From NCBI GenBank assembly GCA_964615045.1, contig CAZTOE010000005.1:1-41837 (forward strand): a stretch of DNA of 41,837 nucleotides, given 5' to 3'. Position numbers and translations under genes: made by a program. Shown here piece by piece: positions 8,904 through 18,186 of this stretch. This DNA is from an uncultured Spirochaetales bacterium. Lineage in GTDB: Bacteria > Myxococcota_A > UBA9160 > PR03. Every line of letters begins with the position of its first letter. Position 1 is the first letter of the stretch. The notes below the pieces were generated by a model. That model ran no database searches and had not been told where the DNA came from. It saw nothing but the letters and a program-made list of their open reading frames with translations.

Positions 8904-10067
8904 CTACTCGGAGCGGATCGGATGCACCGTCGCGGGTTCGCGGGGTGCCGACCCGAGCGGCACCGTCTCCACGACCTCGAGGTCGAAGCCCTCGAGACCC
9001 ACGATGCGGCGAGGGCGATTCGTCAGCAGACGCATCTTGCGGACGCCGAGATCGAGCAGGATCTGGGCTCCGACGCCGTAGTCGCGCAACTGCGGAGCGT
9101 GATTGGCGGGCGTGGGCGCAGGCGCCGGGGTCGGTGCCCCTTCCGCCATGCGTTTCAGCACATCCCCCATGCGCTCACCGCCTCCGCGGTGCCCGATCAT
9201 CACGATGACACCGCGTCCCTCCTTCTCGATGGGTCCGGTCACGGCTTCGAGGGAGGGGCTGCGCCCGAGGTAGAAGTTCAGCAGGTCGACCGCCAGATTT
9301 GCAGATTGCATCCGCACGAGCACGGGGCTGCCGTCGGCGACGTCGCCTTTGACGAGCACGTTGTGCTCGGCGTCGTCCATCTCGCTGCGATAGATGATTC
9401 CCCGGTAACGCCCAAAGGTGTAGTCGAGGTCTATCTCGCAATAGCGCTTCACGAGTTTTTCTTTGGTGCGGCGGAACGCAATCAGGTCGGCGATCGACAC
9501 GATCTTGAGGCCGTGCTGTTCGGCGATGCGGTCGAGATCGGGGCGGCGCGCCATCGAGCCGTCCTCATTCAGGATCTCGCAGATCACTGCCGCCGGACCC
9601 AGACCCGCCAGCCGCGCCAGGTCGACGGAGCCCTCGGTGTGGCCCGCGCGAACCAGCACACCGCCCTCACGCGCCACGAGCGGAAACACGTGGCCCGGCC
9701 GCGCGAGATCCCGGGCGCCGCACTGGGGGTTGACCGCGGTCGCGATCGTGGTCGCGCGGTCGGCCGCGCTGATCCCGGTGGTGACCCCGCGCCGCGCCTC
9801 GATCGAGACCGTGAAAGCGGTCTCGTGGGCCGAGGTGTTGTCGCGCACCATCATCGGGAGATCGAGTTCCGCCGCGCGTTGTTCGGTGAGCGCCAGGCAG
9901 ATCAGGCCGCGACCATACCTGGCCATGAAGTTCACCCACTCGGGGGTAATCTTTTGGGCGGCGACGACCAGGTCGCCCTCGTTTTCTCGATCTTCGTCGT
10001 CGACGAGGATAATCGCGCGACCGCGACGAATCTCGTCGATAGCCTCGCTCACGCGGGAAAGCGGCAT
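8904..10067 (-). CDS. ribB: 3,4-dihydroxy-2-butanone-4-phosphate synthase fused to degenerate GTP cyclohydrolase II-like domain (RibBX-type)
   Basis: [24 protein letters not shown] and RAGHTE in the N-domain. The C-domain keeps [10 protein letters not shown] but has no Cys. Confidence 0.92.
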   Translation of the reverse strand: MPLSRVSEAIDEIRRGRAIILVDDEDRENEGDLVVAAQKITPEWVNFMARYGRGLICLALTEQRAAELDLPMMVRDNTSAHETAFTVSIEARRGVTTGISAADRATTIATAVNPQCGARDLARPGHVFPLVAREGGVLVRAGHTEGSVDLARLAGLGPAAVICEILNEDGSMARRPDLDRIAEQHGLKIVSIADLIAFRRTKEKLVKRYCEIDLDYTFGRYRGIIYRSEMDDAEHNVLVKGDVADGSPVLVRMQSANLAVDLLNFYLGRSPSLEAVTGPIEKEGRGVIVMIGHRGGGERMGDVLKRMAEGAPTPAPAPTPANHAPQLRDYGVGAQILLDLGVRKMRLLTNRPRRIVGLEGFDLEVVETVPLGSAPREPATVHPIRSE

Positions 10068-10143
10068 GCGAACTCCGTCCCCCTCCGGTCTCCGGTAGAG
10101 TAACCGAGCTGCCGCGCGTGTGCCGCGGCAGTCGCGCGCGGGC

Positions 10144-11337
10144 TCAGGGGTTCCGGAACAGCGCGCCCAAGCGAGCCATCCCGCGCTCAATCGCCTCTTC
10201 GGCCAAGTAGCTGTACGCCAAGCGCAGTTGATGGCGGCCTCGACTCCGGTCGGCGTAGAACGCATTCCCCGCCACGTAGGCGACCTGATGTTGTTCGACG
10301 GCGTGCGGCAGCAACGCCGCGGCGTCGAGTCCTTCCGGGAGCGTCACCCAGGTATAGAAGCCGCCTTCGGGACGGGTCCAGTGCGTGCCCCGCGGCATCT
10401 CGGCCGCGAGGCTGGCCAGCGTCGCATCGCGACGCGTCCGGTAGAGCGCGCTCGCCTCGGCAATCTGGCGATCGACCAAGCCCGTCGCGAGAAACTCGCG
10501 CGCGACCAGCTGGCCCAACGTCGGTGAACACTGATCTTGGCCCTGTTTGCAGAGCAGAAGCGCCTCGAGCGGGTCGGCGGGCGCCGTGATCCAGCCCAGG
10601 CGAACGCTCGGGCTCATGATCTTGGAAAGGGTATTGATGTGGATGACGTGGGTCGGATCGAGAGCGGCGAGCAGGGGCGGTACCGAGCCTTCGAAGCGGA
10701 GATCTTGATAGGCCCCGTCTTCGATGACCCACACATGGTAGTGTTGAGCGAGTTCGAGAATGCGCCGCCGCCGCGCTTCGCCGAGGGTGACGCCGGCGGG
10801 GTTCTGGAAGGTCGGAACCAGATAGATCAGCTTCGGGGTCGGTGCCGCGCCGCGCAGCACCTCTTCGAGGGCATCCGGGTCCATCCCGCCTTCATCGACC
10901 TCGACGGAAAGCAGGCGCGCCTCGTAGCTGCGGAAGACGTGGAGTGCGGCCAGGTACGACGGCGCGCCCACGACGACGGAATCGCCCGGGTCGAGAAAGG
11001 CCTTGGCGACGAGATCGAGAGCCGCGATGCCCCCCGTCGTGACGAGGATTTCGTCGGGCCGGGTGGGCCTCCCGTGACGCGCCATCCAGGTTCCCAACGT
11101 TTCGCGGAAGCCCACGATCCCCGCCGTCGGTCCGTAGCCGAGCGCGGCGCGCCCCGTCTTGTGCAACACTTCGGCGTACAGCGCTTCGATCTCTTCGAGG
11201 AGGAACGCCTCCGGCGCCGGCAATCCCCCGGCGAAGGACAGCACGTCGGGACGTTCCGCGAGTCGCAGGATCGAGGCGACGTCGCTGTGCCGCATGCCCT
11301 CGAGACGGGTCGCGAACGTCGGCCGCCTCGCGCTCAT
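10144..11337 (-). CDS. PLP-dependent class I/II aminotransferase (2-aminoadipate transaminase/MocR-like)
   Basis: LSFAGGLP, PTFQNPAG and TLSKIMSPSVRLGW motifs. ATG 11337 overlaps the rraA-like stop. Confidence 0.9.
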   Translation of the reverse strand: MSARRPTFATRLEGMRHSDVASILRLAERPDVLSFAGGLPAPEAFLLEEIEALYAEVLHKTGRAALGYGPTAGIVGFRETLGTWMARHGRPTRPDEILVTTGGIAALDLVAKAFLDPGDSVVVGAPSYLAALHVFRSYEARLLSVEVDEGGMDPDALEEVLRGAAPTPKLIYLVPTFQNPAGVTLGEARRRRILELAQHYHVWVIEDGAYQDLRFEGSVPPLLAALDPTHVIHINTLSKIMSPSVRLGWITAPADPLEALLLCKQGQDQCSPTLGQLVAREFLATGLVDRQIAEASALYRTRRDATLASLAAEMPRGTHWTRPEGGFYTWVTLPEGLDAAALLPHAVEQHQVAYVAGNAFYADRSRGRHQLRLAYSYLAEEAIERGMARLGALFRNP

Positions 11338-11993
11338 GGGAGGAAGCGAAGCGAACTCGCTTCGCCGCGCTGGACGTGGCGCGCGTGTTCTTCGAAGTTG
11401 GTGAGCTCGATGAGCGAGGTCCCCACTTCGATGCGGGCGCGGATGCGCGCTTCGGTCGCCTGGATCTCGCGGGCACGGGGGAGGGCGGCGAGGAGTTCGT
11501 CCTCGCTGGCGACGATCACGCCGTCGGCGTCGCCGAAGACCAGCTCGCCCGGGGCGACGCGCACGCCACCGCATTGCACCGGAACCTGGTGGTCTCCCCA
11601 GGCCATGGCGGTGCCGGCGCGGGGCGTCGCAAACCGCGCGTAAACCGGAAGCGACAACTTCCCAATCGCCGCAGTGTCGCGGCAGCCGCCATCGATCACG
11701 ATGCCGGCGAGCCCACGACGCACCGCCTCGGTGGCGAAGAGCTCGCCTGCGACGGCGAGACGGCTTCCCTGCGTATCGACCACCAGGACGTCTCCGGCCT
11801 CCGCCTCGCGTAGGCTCCGCAACACGGCCAGGAAGTCTTCACAGCAGCGCACCGTGTGAGCGCGGCCGAGCAACGACAACCCGGGGCGTACCGGGCGTAG
11901 CCCGGGATCGAGCACGCGGATCTGGCGATCGGCGTCGGCAAGCGAGGCCGTGTCGATCTCCGCAAGCGCTTCCCGCCATTCTTCCGGTTTCAT
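11334..11993 (-). CDS. RraA family protein (HMG aldolase/RraA-like)
   Basis: AVAGELFAT, GIVIDGGCRD and PGELVFGDADGVIV motifs. GGAGG SD before ATG 11993. Confidence 0.88.
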   Translation of the reverse strand: MKPEEWREALAEIDTASLADADRQIRVLDPGLRPVRPGLSLLGRAHTVRCCEDFLAVLRSLREAEAGDVLVVDTQGSRLAVAGELFATEAVRRGLAGIVIDGGCRDTAAIGKLSLPVYARFATPRAGTAMAWGDHQVPVQCGGVRVAPGELVFGDADGVIVASEDELLAALPRAREIQATEARIRARIEVGTSLIELTNFEEHARHVQRGEASSLRFLP

Positions 11994-12076
11994 CGCGACC
12001 TCCGCTCCGGTATCTTCGCACGATCCCGGCGCCGCGTCGGCACCCACCGGCAACACGCGGCGCCCTCGGAGGCCTC

Positions 12077-12469
12077 ATGCTAATCAAGCCCGACAAGGAA
12101 GCCATCGATATCGGCGTGATCGTGAGCGATATCGCCAAGAGCCTGGCCTTCTACCGAGATCTTCTCGGAATTCCCAAGACCCAGGAGCTCCCGACACCGC
12201 TGGGAACCATCCACCGCCTCGGGTATGGACAAACCGACCTCAAACTGGTGGTTCCCAACGAAACGCCTCCGGCTGGCCGGGTCGGTCTCGATCAGCAGCT
12301 CGGCTTCCGATACATCACCTTCCGCGTGAAGAACATCTCCGAGGTCTGTGATCGATTGCGGCGCGAAGGCATCGAGTTCACCATCCCGGAGAACGAGCTG
12401 TTGCCGGGCGTGCGCATCGCGATGGTGAAAGATCCCGACGGCAATATCGTCGAGTTCGTCCAGCGCTAA
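12077..12469 (+). CDS. VOC/glyoxalase family protein
   Basis: SLAFYRDLLG and KDPDGNIVEF motifs. GGAGG SD. Confidence 0.88.
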   Translation: MLIKPDKEAIDIGVIVSDIAKSLAFYRDLLGIPKTQELPTPLGTIHRLGYGQTDLKLVVPNETPPAGRVGLDQQLGFRYITFRVKNISEVCDRLRREGIEFTIPENELLPGVRIAMVKDPDGNIVEFVQR

Positions 12470-13299
12470 GGCGTTCCCACCCCCGGGCGCGCCAAGAACT
12501 CCCCGATCACCCGCTGAACCTCCTCGCGATGGGTGCGGTTCGGGAAGTGGGGCCCTCCCTCCACGATGTGGAGCTGCGCGCCGGGGATCAGCGCCGCCAC
12601 GCGTTCGGTCATCTCCCGGGTCGGCCACCGGTCTTCGGAACCGCCCAGCACGAGCGTGGGGCAGCGGATCTCGCGGCAGCGCTCCGACCAGTCATCTCTC
12701 GAGTAGGTCTCGTCGAGCAGCGCCAGCAGTGACGCCACGCTGTGTTGGCGCAGGGGTGCGGTCAGCTCGTCATAGCGTTGCGGTCGCGCCTTGAGACGGG
12801 CGAGCGCCGCGTCGCCCATGCGGCGCCGGACGTTGGCGTCGAAGTACCCGGCAAAATCGCCCCTCTCGATCAGGGGTCGATGGGCGGCGTAGTACTCCCT
12901 TTCCTGGGCCCGCGGCGCGAAGGGCGGGCCGCTGATGGAAATCACCCCACGCACGCGCCGCGGTGCGTGGACCGCTGCCCAGAGCGCCAGCGCGCCTCCC
13001 ATCGAAACGCCGCCCCAGATCGCCTGCTCGAGCCCCAGGTGATCGAGCCAGGCGAGCAGGTCGCCGCACTTGCGGGCGTACGTGTAGGCCTCGGGGCGCT
13101 CGAACTTGGCGGAGCGGCCGTGGCCGCGGACGTCGGGATAGAGGCAGCGGAGCGCACCGAGAAAGGGCGCGAGGTCTTCGGTGACGTACGAGGAATCTTC
13201 GACGGAGCCGCCGTGGATCCACACCACGGCGGGCGCGTCTGGGCGTCCGGCCTCACGCCAATAGACCGGAACTCCTTCAGCCACGGTGCAGATCGGCAC
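12466..13299 (-). CDS. Alpha/beta fold hydrolase
   Basis: IHGG, DVRGHGRS, GVSMGG nucleophile elbow and C-terminal His (GPHFP). Confidence 0.9.
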   Translation of the reverse strand: MPICTVAEGVPVYWREAGRPDAPAVVWIHGGSVEDSSYVTEDLAPFLGALRCLYPDVRGHGRSAKFERPEAYTYARKCGDLLAWLDHLGLEQAIWGGVSMGGALALWAAVHAPRRVRGVISISGPPFAPRAQEREYYAAHRPLIERGDFAGYFDANVRRRMGDAALARLKARPQRYDELTAPLRQHSVASLLALLDETYSRDDWSERCREIRCPTLVLGGSEDRWPTREMTERVAALIPGAQLHIVEGGPHFPNRTHREEVQRVIGEFLARPGVGTP

Positions 13300-13307
13300 G
13301 GCGGCCG

Positions 13308-13313
13308 ACGATA
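13308..13313 (-). promoter_or_regulatory. Putative -10 box (TATCGT) 8 nt before SD-less GTG start
   Basis: TANNNT hexamer at the same spacing as in several other SD-less genes in this window. Confidence 0.45.
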
Positions 13314-13373
13314 GCGCCCCGGCGGCGGAGGAGTCGGGCTAGACTCTCATCCGCCTTCCAGCCAGGAGTTTCC

Positions 13374-14198
13374 ATGAGCGCCGAACGAGCCATCGACACC
13401 GGAACCGATCACCTGCTCGCCAGCGTCCGGTCCGGCGTGGCGACGCTGGTGATGAACCGCCCCGAGCGCCGCAACGCCTTCTCGAGCGAAATGCAGACCG
13501 GTCTCTCGCGAGCCCTCCACGAAGCGGAGTCCGCTTCGGACGTGCGCTGCGTGGTCCTCACCGGGGCCGGCGGCGCCTTCTGCGCGGGGGGCGACGTCAA
13601 GGAGTTCGCCAAGGGCGCCGCTACCGGGGGCGGCAGTTTCGACGAACGAGTCCACCAGCAGCGCCTCAACCAACGCGCCACGTCCGGGGCGCTGCGCGCC
13701 ATGCCCAAGCCCACCATCGCGGCCCTTCCCGGCCCCGCCGCCGGCGCGGGGCTCTCGCTGGCGCTGGCCTGTGACCTGCGCGTCGCCGCCGAGAACGCGA
13801 TTCTCACCACAGCCTTCGCCAAGGTCGGCTTTAGCGGCGACTACGGCGGCGCCTGGTTCCTGACGCGCCTCGTCGGCGAGGCCCGGGCCAAGGAGCTCTA
13901 TCTGCTGTCCGAACGCATCGACACGGAGACCGCCGAGCGGCTCGGCATCGTCAACCGAGTGTTCCCCGCGGAGACCTTCGCGAAGGAGGTCGAAGCGCTG
14001 GCCCTGTCGATCGCGTCGGGCCCGAGCATTGCGTACCGCTACATGAAAGAGAACATCAACCGCGCGGGTGGCGAGGAGCTCTTCTCCTATATGGACCGCG
14101 AGGTCACCTATCACCTGCACTGCGGGACCACCGAGGATCACCTCGAGGCCTCGAAGGCCTTCGTCGAGAAACGCTCCCCCGTCTTCCGAGGACGTTGA
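13374..14198 (+). CDS. Enoyl-CoA hydratase/isomerase family protein
   Basis: NRPERRNA, FCAGGD and AAGAGLSLALACDLR motifs; typical end PVFRGR. AGGAG SD. Confidence 0.92.
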   Translation: MSAERAIDTGTDHLLASVRSGVATLVMNRPERRNAFSSEMQTGLSRALHEAESASDVRCVVLTGAGGAFCAGGDVKEFAKGAATGGGSFDERVHQQRLNQRATSGALRAMPKPTIAALPGPAAGAGLSLALACDLRVAAENAILTTAFAKVGFSGDYGGAWFLTRLVGEARAKELYLLSERIDTETAERLGIVNRVFPAETFAKEVEALALSIASGPSIAYRYMKENINRAGGEELFSYMDREVTYHLHCGTTEDHLEASKAFVEKRSPVFRGR

Positions 14199-14201
14199 AC
14201 C

Positions 14202-15149
14202 ATGCCCAGTACGCGCCCGCCCGTGGACTACATCGAGCGCACCCGCGAACAGTATGCAGCCCTCGGCTACCCCCCCTACCAATGGGTGCACAGCGAGACG
14301 CCGCCGCCGTGGGCGCCGCTGCGCAAGCCCCTCTCCGAAGCGCGTCTCGGCCTCGTCGCTTCGGGAGGGATCTATGTCGAGGGGCAGGTCGCGTTTCACT
14401 ACAAGGACGACACGTCGTTCCGCATCGTCGACACGGCGACCCCCACCGATCGACTTCGCGCCACGCACTTCGCCTACGACCTCGCCGACGCGCGCAGTGA
14501 TCCGAATGTGGTATTTCCCCTCGATCCGCTCCGCGAGCTGGTGAAGGACGGAGTCCTCGGCGAGCTGTCGCCCCGCGCCTACACGTTCATGGGGGGCATT
14601 TATTCGTCGCGCAAAGTCCGCGAACTGCTCGCCCCCGAGATCGCGCGGCGCCTGGTCGAGGATCAGGTCGACCTCGTCCTGCTCGTTCCGGTCTGACCGG
14701 TGTGTCATCAGTCCGTGGGACTGATCGCACGCGAGATCGAGGGTCGGGGAATTCCCACCCTCTCGATGAGCAGCGCCTGGTCGATCACCGCGGCAGTCAA
14801 TCCGCCGCGCGCGCTCTATCTCGACTTTCCCCTCGGTCATACCACCGGCAAGCCCGCCGACCGTGCCTTGCAGCGCGCCATCGTGTCGGACGCCTTGCGC
14901 GGCTTCGAGCGTTTTCGAGAGCCCGGGAGCATCGAGAGGCTGCCCTATGAGTGGGCGGCGGACGACGCCTGGAAGGACCGCGTGATGCGCCCGCGTGCCG
15001 GCGAAGCAGCGGACGACGCGGATGCCTACGAAGACGACCGCGTGGAGCGGTTCGACACGCCACAGTATCAGTGCGAGCGCGATCGCGAGCTCGCCGAGGC
15101 GGCGCTCGCCGAGGGCCGCTGCGAAACCTGCGTCTGGGTCGAACCGTAG
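14202..15149 (+). CDS. Selenoprotein: glycine/sarcosine/betaine/D-proline reductase selenoprotein B family (PrdB/GrdB-like), 315 aa, Sec165 at TGA 14694-14696
   Basis: ORFs 14202-14696 and 14700-15149 are in frame. Read through, they give VDLVLLVPV-U-PVCHQSVGLIAREIE, the UxxC site of this family. N-half has KPLSEARLGLVASGG and DPNVVFPLD. SECIS-like hairpin follows. Confidence 0.88.
14700..14730 (+). promoter_or_regulatory. Putative bacterial SECIS element
   Basis: GTGTG-TC-ATCAGTCC-GTG-GGACTGAT-CGCAC: perfect 8-bp upper stem plus lower stem. The loop G lies 18 nt after the UGA. Confidence 0.8.
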
Positions 15150-15225
15150 CGGGTTTTGGTCCGAGCCAGAGCGGTCTCGCGGCGACCGCCTCGCCGCTCC
15201 GCTACCGGTCCACGCGGCGGTGCCG

Positions 15226-15723
15226 ATGCCTCGCAAGATCTACATCACGCCCGAGGGCGCCCAGAAACTCCGCGAAGAACTCGAGCGGCTTTGGAACGTC
15301 GAGCGCCGCGCGGTGACGCGCGAGGTCGCAGCCGCAGCCGCCCAGGGCGACCGCTCGGAGAACGCGGAGTACATCTATGGCAAGAAGCGGCTTCGCGAGA
15401 TCGACCGGCGGCTGCACTTTCTCCGCAAACGCCTGGACGAAGTGGTCGTGGTGAAGAGCGGCGAGGTCGGGGATCGCGAGCGCGTCTTCTTCGGTGCCTG
15501 GGTGACGCTCGAGGACGATGCTGGCGAGCGCCGCGGCTATCGGCTCGTCGGACCCGACGAGATCGACGCCGAACGGGGCTACATCAGCATTGATTCGCCA
15601 CTGGGCCGTGCCCTGGTCGGCAAGCGGTGCGGCGACGAGGTAGGCGTCGAGCGACCCTCCGGCCCCGCCAGCTACACGGTGCTCGAGGTCGCCTACGAGG
15701 GCGTTGCGACGCAGGAGCCTTGA
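15226..15723 (+). CDS. greB: Transcription elongation factor GreB
   Basis: YITPEG, AAAQGDRSENAEYIYGKKRLREIDRR and ISIDSPLGRAL motifs. Confidence 0.95.
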   Translation: MPRKIYITPEGAQKLREELERLWNVERRAVTREVAAAAAQGDRSENAEYIYGKKRLREIDRRLHFLRKRLDEVVVVKSGEVGDRERVFFGAWVTLEDDAGERRGYRLVGPDEIDAERGYISIDSPLGRALVGKRCGDEVGVERPSGPASYTVLEVAYEGVATQEP

Positions 15724-17672
15724 TGATGGGCGCGCAACCGCGGGACCTTCCGCTCGACTTGTCGCTCGATTCGCCCCTCGATCTAGACGGGGCGCTCGGC
15801 CGCTTTGGGCACGCCTGCTTCCGGGCGGGACAGCGCGAGGCGATCGAGACGCTTCTCGAGATCGGTCGGCTTCTCCTCGTGGCGCCCACGGGGGGTGGAA
15901 AGAGCCTCACATATCAGCTCCCGGCGAGCCTATTGCCGGGGACCACGCTGGTCGTCTCGCCGCTGATCGCGCTCATGCACGATCAGGTCGAGTCCCTGCA
16001 CCGGTGCGGCATCGCGGCGACTTATCTCGCGTCGACGCTCGAGGGGGAGGCGATGCGCGGGCGCATGCGCGGGGTCGCGCGGGGGGAGTATGACCTCGTC
16101 TACGTCGCGCCCGAACGGCTGGCGGCGGCGGGCTTTCGCAGCCTGCTCCGCGATCTCGACTGCCCGCTCGTCGCGGTGGACGAGGCGCATTGCATCAGTG
16201 AGTGGGGGCACGACTTCCGGCCCGAATACGGGGCGATCGGGGCGCTGCTCGAAGCGCTGCCGAAGGCCCGGATATTGGCCTGTACAGCCACCGCGACCCC
16301 CATCGTGCGCGATGAGATCCTCGCGAAGCTGGGTCTCCCGCCCGATACACCCCAGCGGATCCACGGCTTTGCCCGGCCCAACCTCGCACTGCGCGCCCGC
16401 TCGGTCGGGAGCGCGCGGGAGCGCACCGCAGCGGTGGATGACGCCCTGGCCGAGGCGCTTGGGCAACCCGGGGCGGGACGCGGGACGGCGATCCTGTACT
16501 CCCCGACCCGTAGGGGCGCAGAGGAACAGGCGGCCCGCCTCGCGAAACAGGGCTGGCGCGTGGCGTATTACCACGCGGGTTGCAGCCCCGAGTCCCGCGA
16601 GGCCAGTCAGCGCGATTTCATCGAGGGGAAGCTCGAGATCGTGGTGGCGACCAACGCATTTGGGATGGGAATCGATCGGGCCGATGTGCGGGCGGTGGTG
16701 CACCTCGGTCCACCGGGGTCCCTGGAGGCCTACTACCAGGAGGTCGGACGAGCCGGACGCGATGGTGCGCCGGCCCTCGGGTTGATGCTGCACGCGGCGG
16801 GTGATTTTCCGCTGCGCCGCAGGCTGCTCGAGCGCGGCGGCGACACGGCGCCGCCCGGCGCCGAGATTGTGGAACACAAGTGGAATCTGTTCCTCGAGTT
16901 GATGCGCTGGGCGGATGGCGGGAGCTGTCGGCACGACGCCGTCCTGCGCTACTTCGGCGACGAGGAGGAGACCATCTCCGGATGCGGCGTGTGCGATGTC
17001 TGCGTCCGCCAGCGCGAGGGGTCACAGGGCGCGCAGGATCCGGAGTACGTGACCTTGGTGGTGCGCAAGGCGCTTTCGGGTGTGGCGCGGGTCCAGGGAC
17101 GCTTCGGCTTGGGCGCCGTCGTCGCGTTGCTGCGCGGCGACGGCGACAAGCGCCTCGAGCGCGCGGGACTCGATCGCGTGTCGACCCACGGCGTGCTTGC
17201 CGAGTATCCGGCTGCGTGGCTCCAGCGGCTCCTGCTGCGCCTGGTGACCGCGGGTTGGGTGGGGTTTGCCGGAGGCGATCGGCCCGTGGTGACTCTCACG
17301 GCCGCCGGTTTCGGGGTGATGCGCGGCGAACTCCCCGCCCGGGTCGAGCTCCCGTCGCGGGGAGCCGGTCGGACCCGGGGTCCGGCCTCCCGCCCGGGTC
17401 CCGAGACCGGAAAGCGTCGCACCGTGGTGGCAGAGCTCGACGCGGCCGGCCGGGCCCTGTTTGACGCGCTCCGCGCCTGGCGTCTCGAGACGTCGCGACG
17501 GGAAGGTGTGCCGCCCTACGTGGTTGCGAGCGACCGCACGCTGCGCGATGTGGCATTGCTCCAGCCGCGGGACGCCGAGACCTTGCTGCTCTGCCACGGG
17601 ATGGGACCCCGCAAGGCCGAGCGCTACGGCGAAGCCATGCTCCAGGCGCTGGCCCGAACGCAAGGTTCCTGA
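15723..17672 (+). CDS. recQ: ATP-dependent DNA helicase RecQ family (with RQC and HRDC domains)
   Basis: PTGGGKSLTYQLP, VDEAHCISEWGHDFRPEY, ATNAFGMGID, YYQEVGRAGRDG, Zn-binding Cys residues and C-terminal VPPYVV HRDC. Confidence 0.93.
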   Translation: MMGAQPRDLPLDLSLDSPLDLDGALGRFGHACFRAGQREAIETLLEIGRLLLVAPTGGGKSLTYQLPASLLPGTTLVVSPLIALMHDQVESLHRCGIAATYLASTLEGEAMRGRMRGVARGEYDLVYVAPERLAAAGFRSLLRDLDCPLVAVDEAHCISEWGHDFRPEYGAIGALLEALPKARILACTATATPIVRDEILAKLGLPPDTPQRIHGFARPNLALRARSVGSARERTAAVDDALAEALGQPGAGRGTAILYSPTRRGAEEQAARLAKQGWRVAYYHAGCSPESREASQRDFIEGKLEIVVATNAFGMGIDRADVRAVVHLGPPGSLEAYYQEVGRAGRDGAPALGLMLHAAGDFPLRRRLLERGGDTAPPGAEIVEHKWNLFLELMRWADGGSCRHDAVLRYFGDEEETISGCGVCDVCVRQREGSQGAQDPEYVTLVVRKALSGVARVQGRFGLGAVVALLRGDGDKRLERAGLDRVSTHGVLAEYPAAWLQRLLLRLVTAGWVGFAGGDRPVVTLTAAGFGVMRGELPARVELPSRGAGRTRGPASRPGPETGKRRTVVAELDAAGRALFDALRAWRLETSRREGVPPYVVASDRTLRDVALLQPRDAETLLLCHGMGPRKAERYGEAMLQALARTQGS

Positions 17673-17706
17673 CCGGGCCGCCGTCAGCAGACCGTTCGAC
17701 GGGACC

Positions 17707-18186
17707 TCAGTCGCGCACGAGACCGAGCCGCTGGTGCCACTCCGCGATCGACTCTTCGGGGTACTCCTCGAAGCGCCGATCGCGCGGCCCGAACTCGACC
17801 GGAACCCACGGAGCTCGCGAGCCGAGCATCAGGTGGGTGCGCTCGGGGGCGGCCGGGAGCTCGGTGTCGATTGCCGATGCGAAAGGATGAATCAGGTCGG
17901 GCCAACGCGGATCCCACACCCAGAGCGCGCTGCCGCAGAGGCCGCAGAAGTTCCGTTCAGCCGGGCTCGACCGAGTGCCGTCGCCGATCCGCGCGCGATA
18001 GACGCGCAACGCCTTGCGGTCACCCACCTGAAGACTCGACGCATCGCCGCCGAGGTTGATCGCGTAGCCGCCGCCCCCGGCGGTCTTGCGACAGATCGAG
18101 CAGTAGCAGAGGTTAAAAGGGTACGGGTGAGCGGATTCCAGCGAGAAGCGCACGGCCCCACAATGACAAGAGCCTTCGAGAAGCAT
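17707..18186 (-). CDS. GFA/CENP-V family Zn protein (glutathione-dependent formaldehyde-activating-like)
   Basis: C-terminal part of the 686-aa ORF: MLLEGSCHCGAV...CYCSICRK...RNFCGLCGS. Confidence 0.9.
   Translation of the reverse strand: MLLEGSCHCGAVRFSLESAHPYPFNLCYCSICRKTAGGGGYAINLGGDASSLQVGDRKALRVYRARIGDGTRSSPAERNFCGLCGSALWVWDPRWPDLIHPFASAIDTELPAAPERTHLMLGSRAPWVPVEFGPRDRRFEEYPEESIAEWHQRLGLVRD

Noticed and set aside
14196-14204. Enoyl-CoA hydratase TGA is in frame with the selenoprotein ATG (TGA ACC ATG), suggesting a second Sec or a fusion
   Set aside because: The hydratase ends in its normal FRGR terminus, there is no Cys-equivalent motif, and I saw no SECIS-like hairpin after this TGA.
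14694-14696. Pseudogene interpretation of the two TGA-interrupted genes (also 21018-21020)
   Set aside because: Both TGAs fall exactly on catalytic Cys/Sec columns, both halves are intact, and both have matching hairpins. Two random nonsense mutations would be unlikely to do this.
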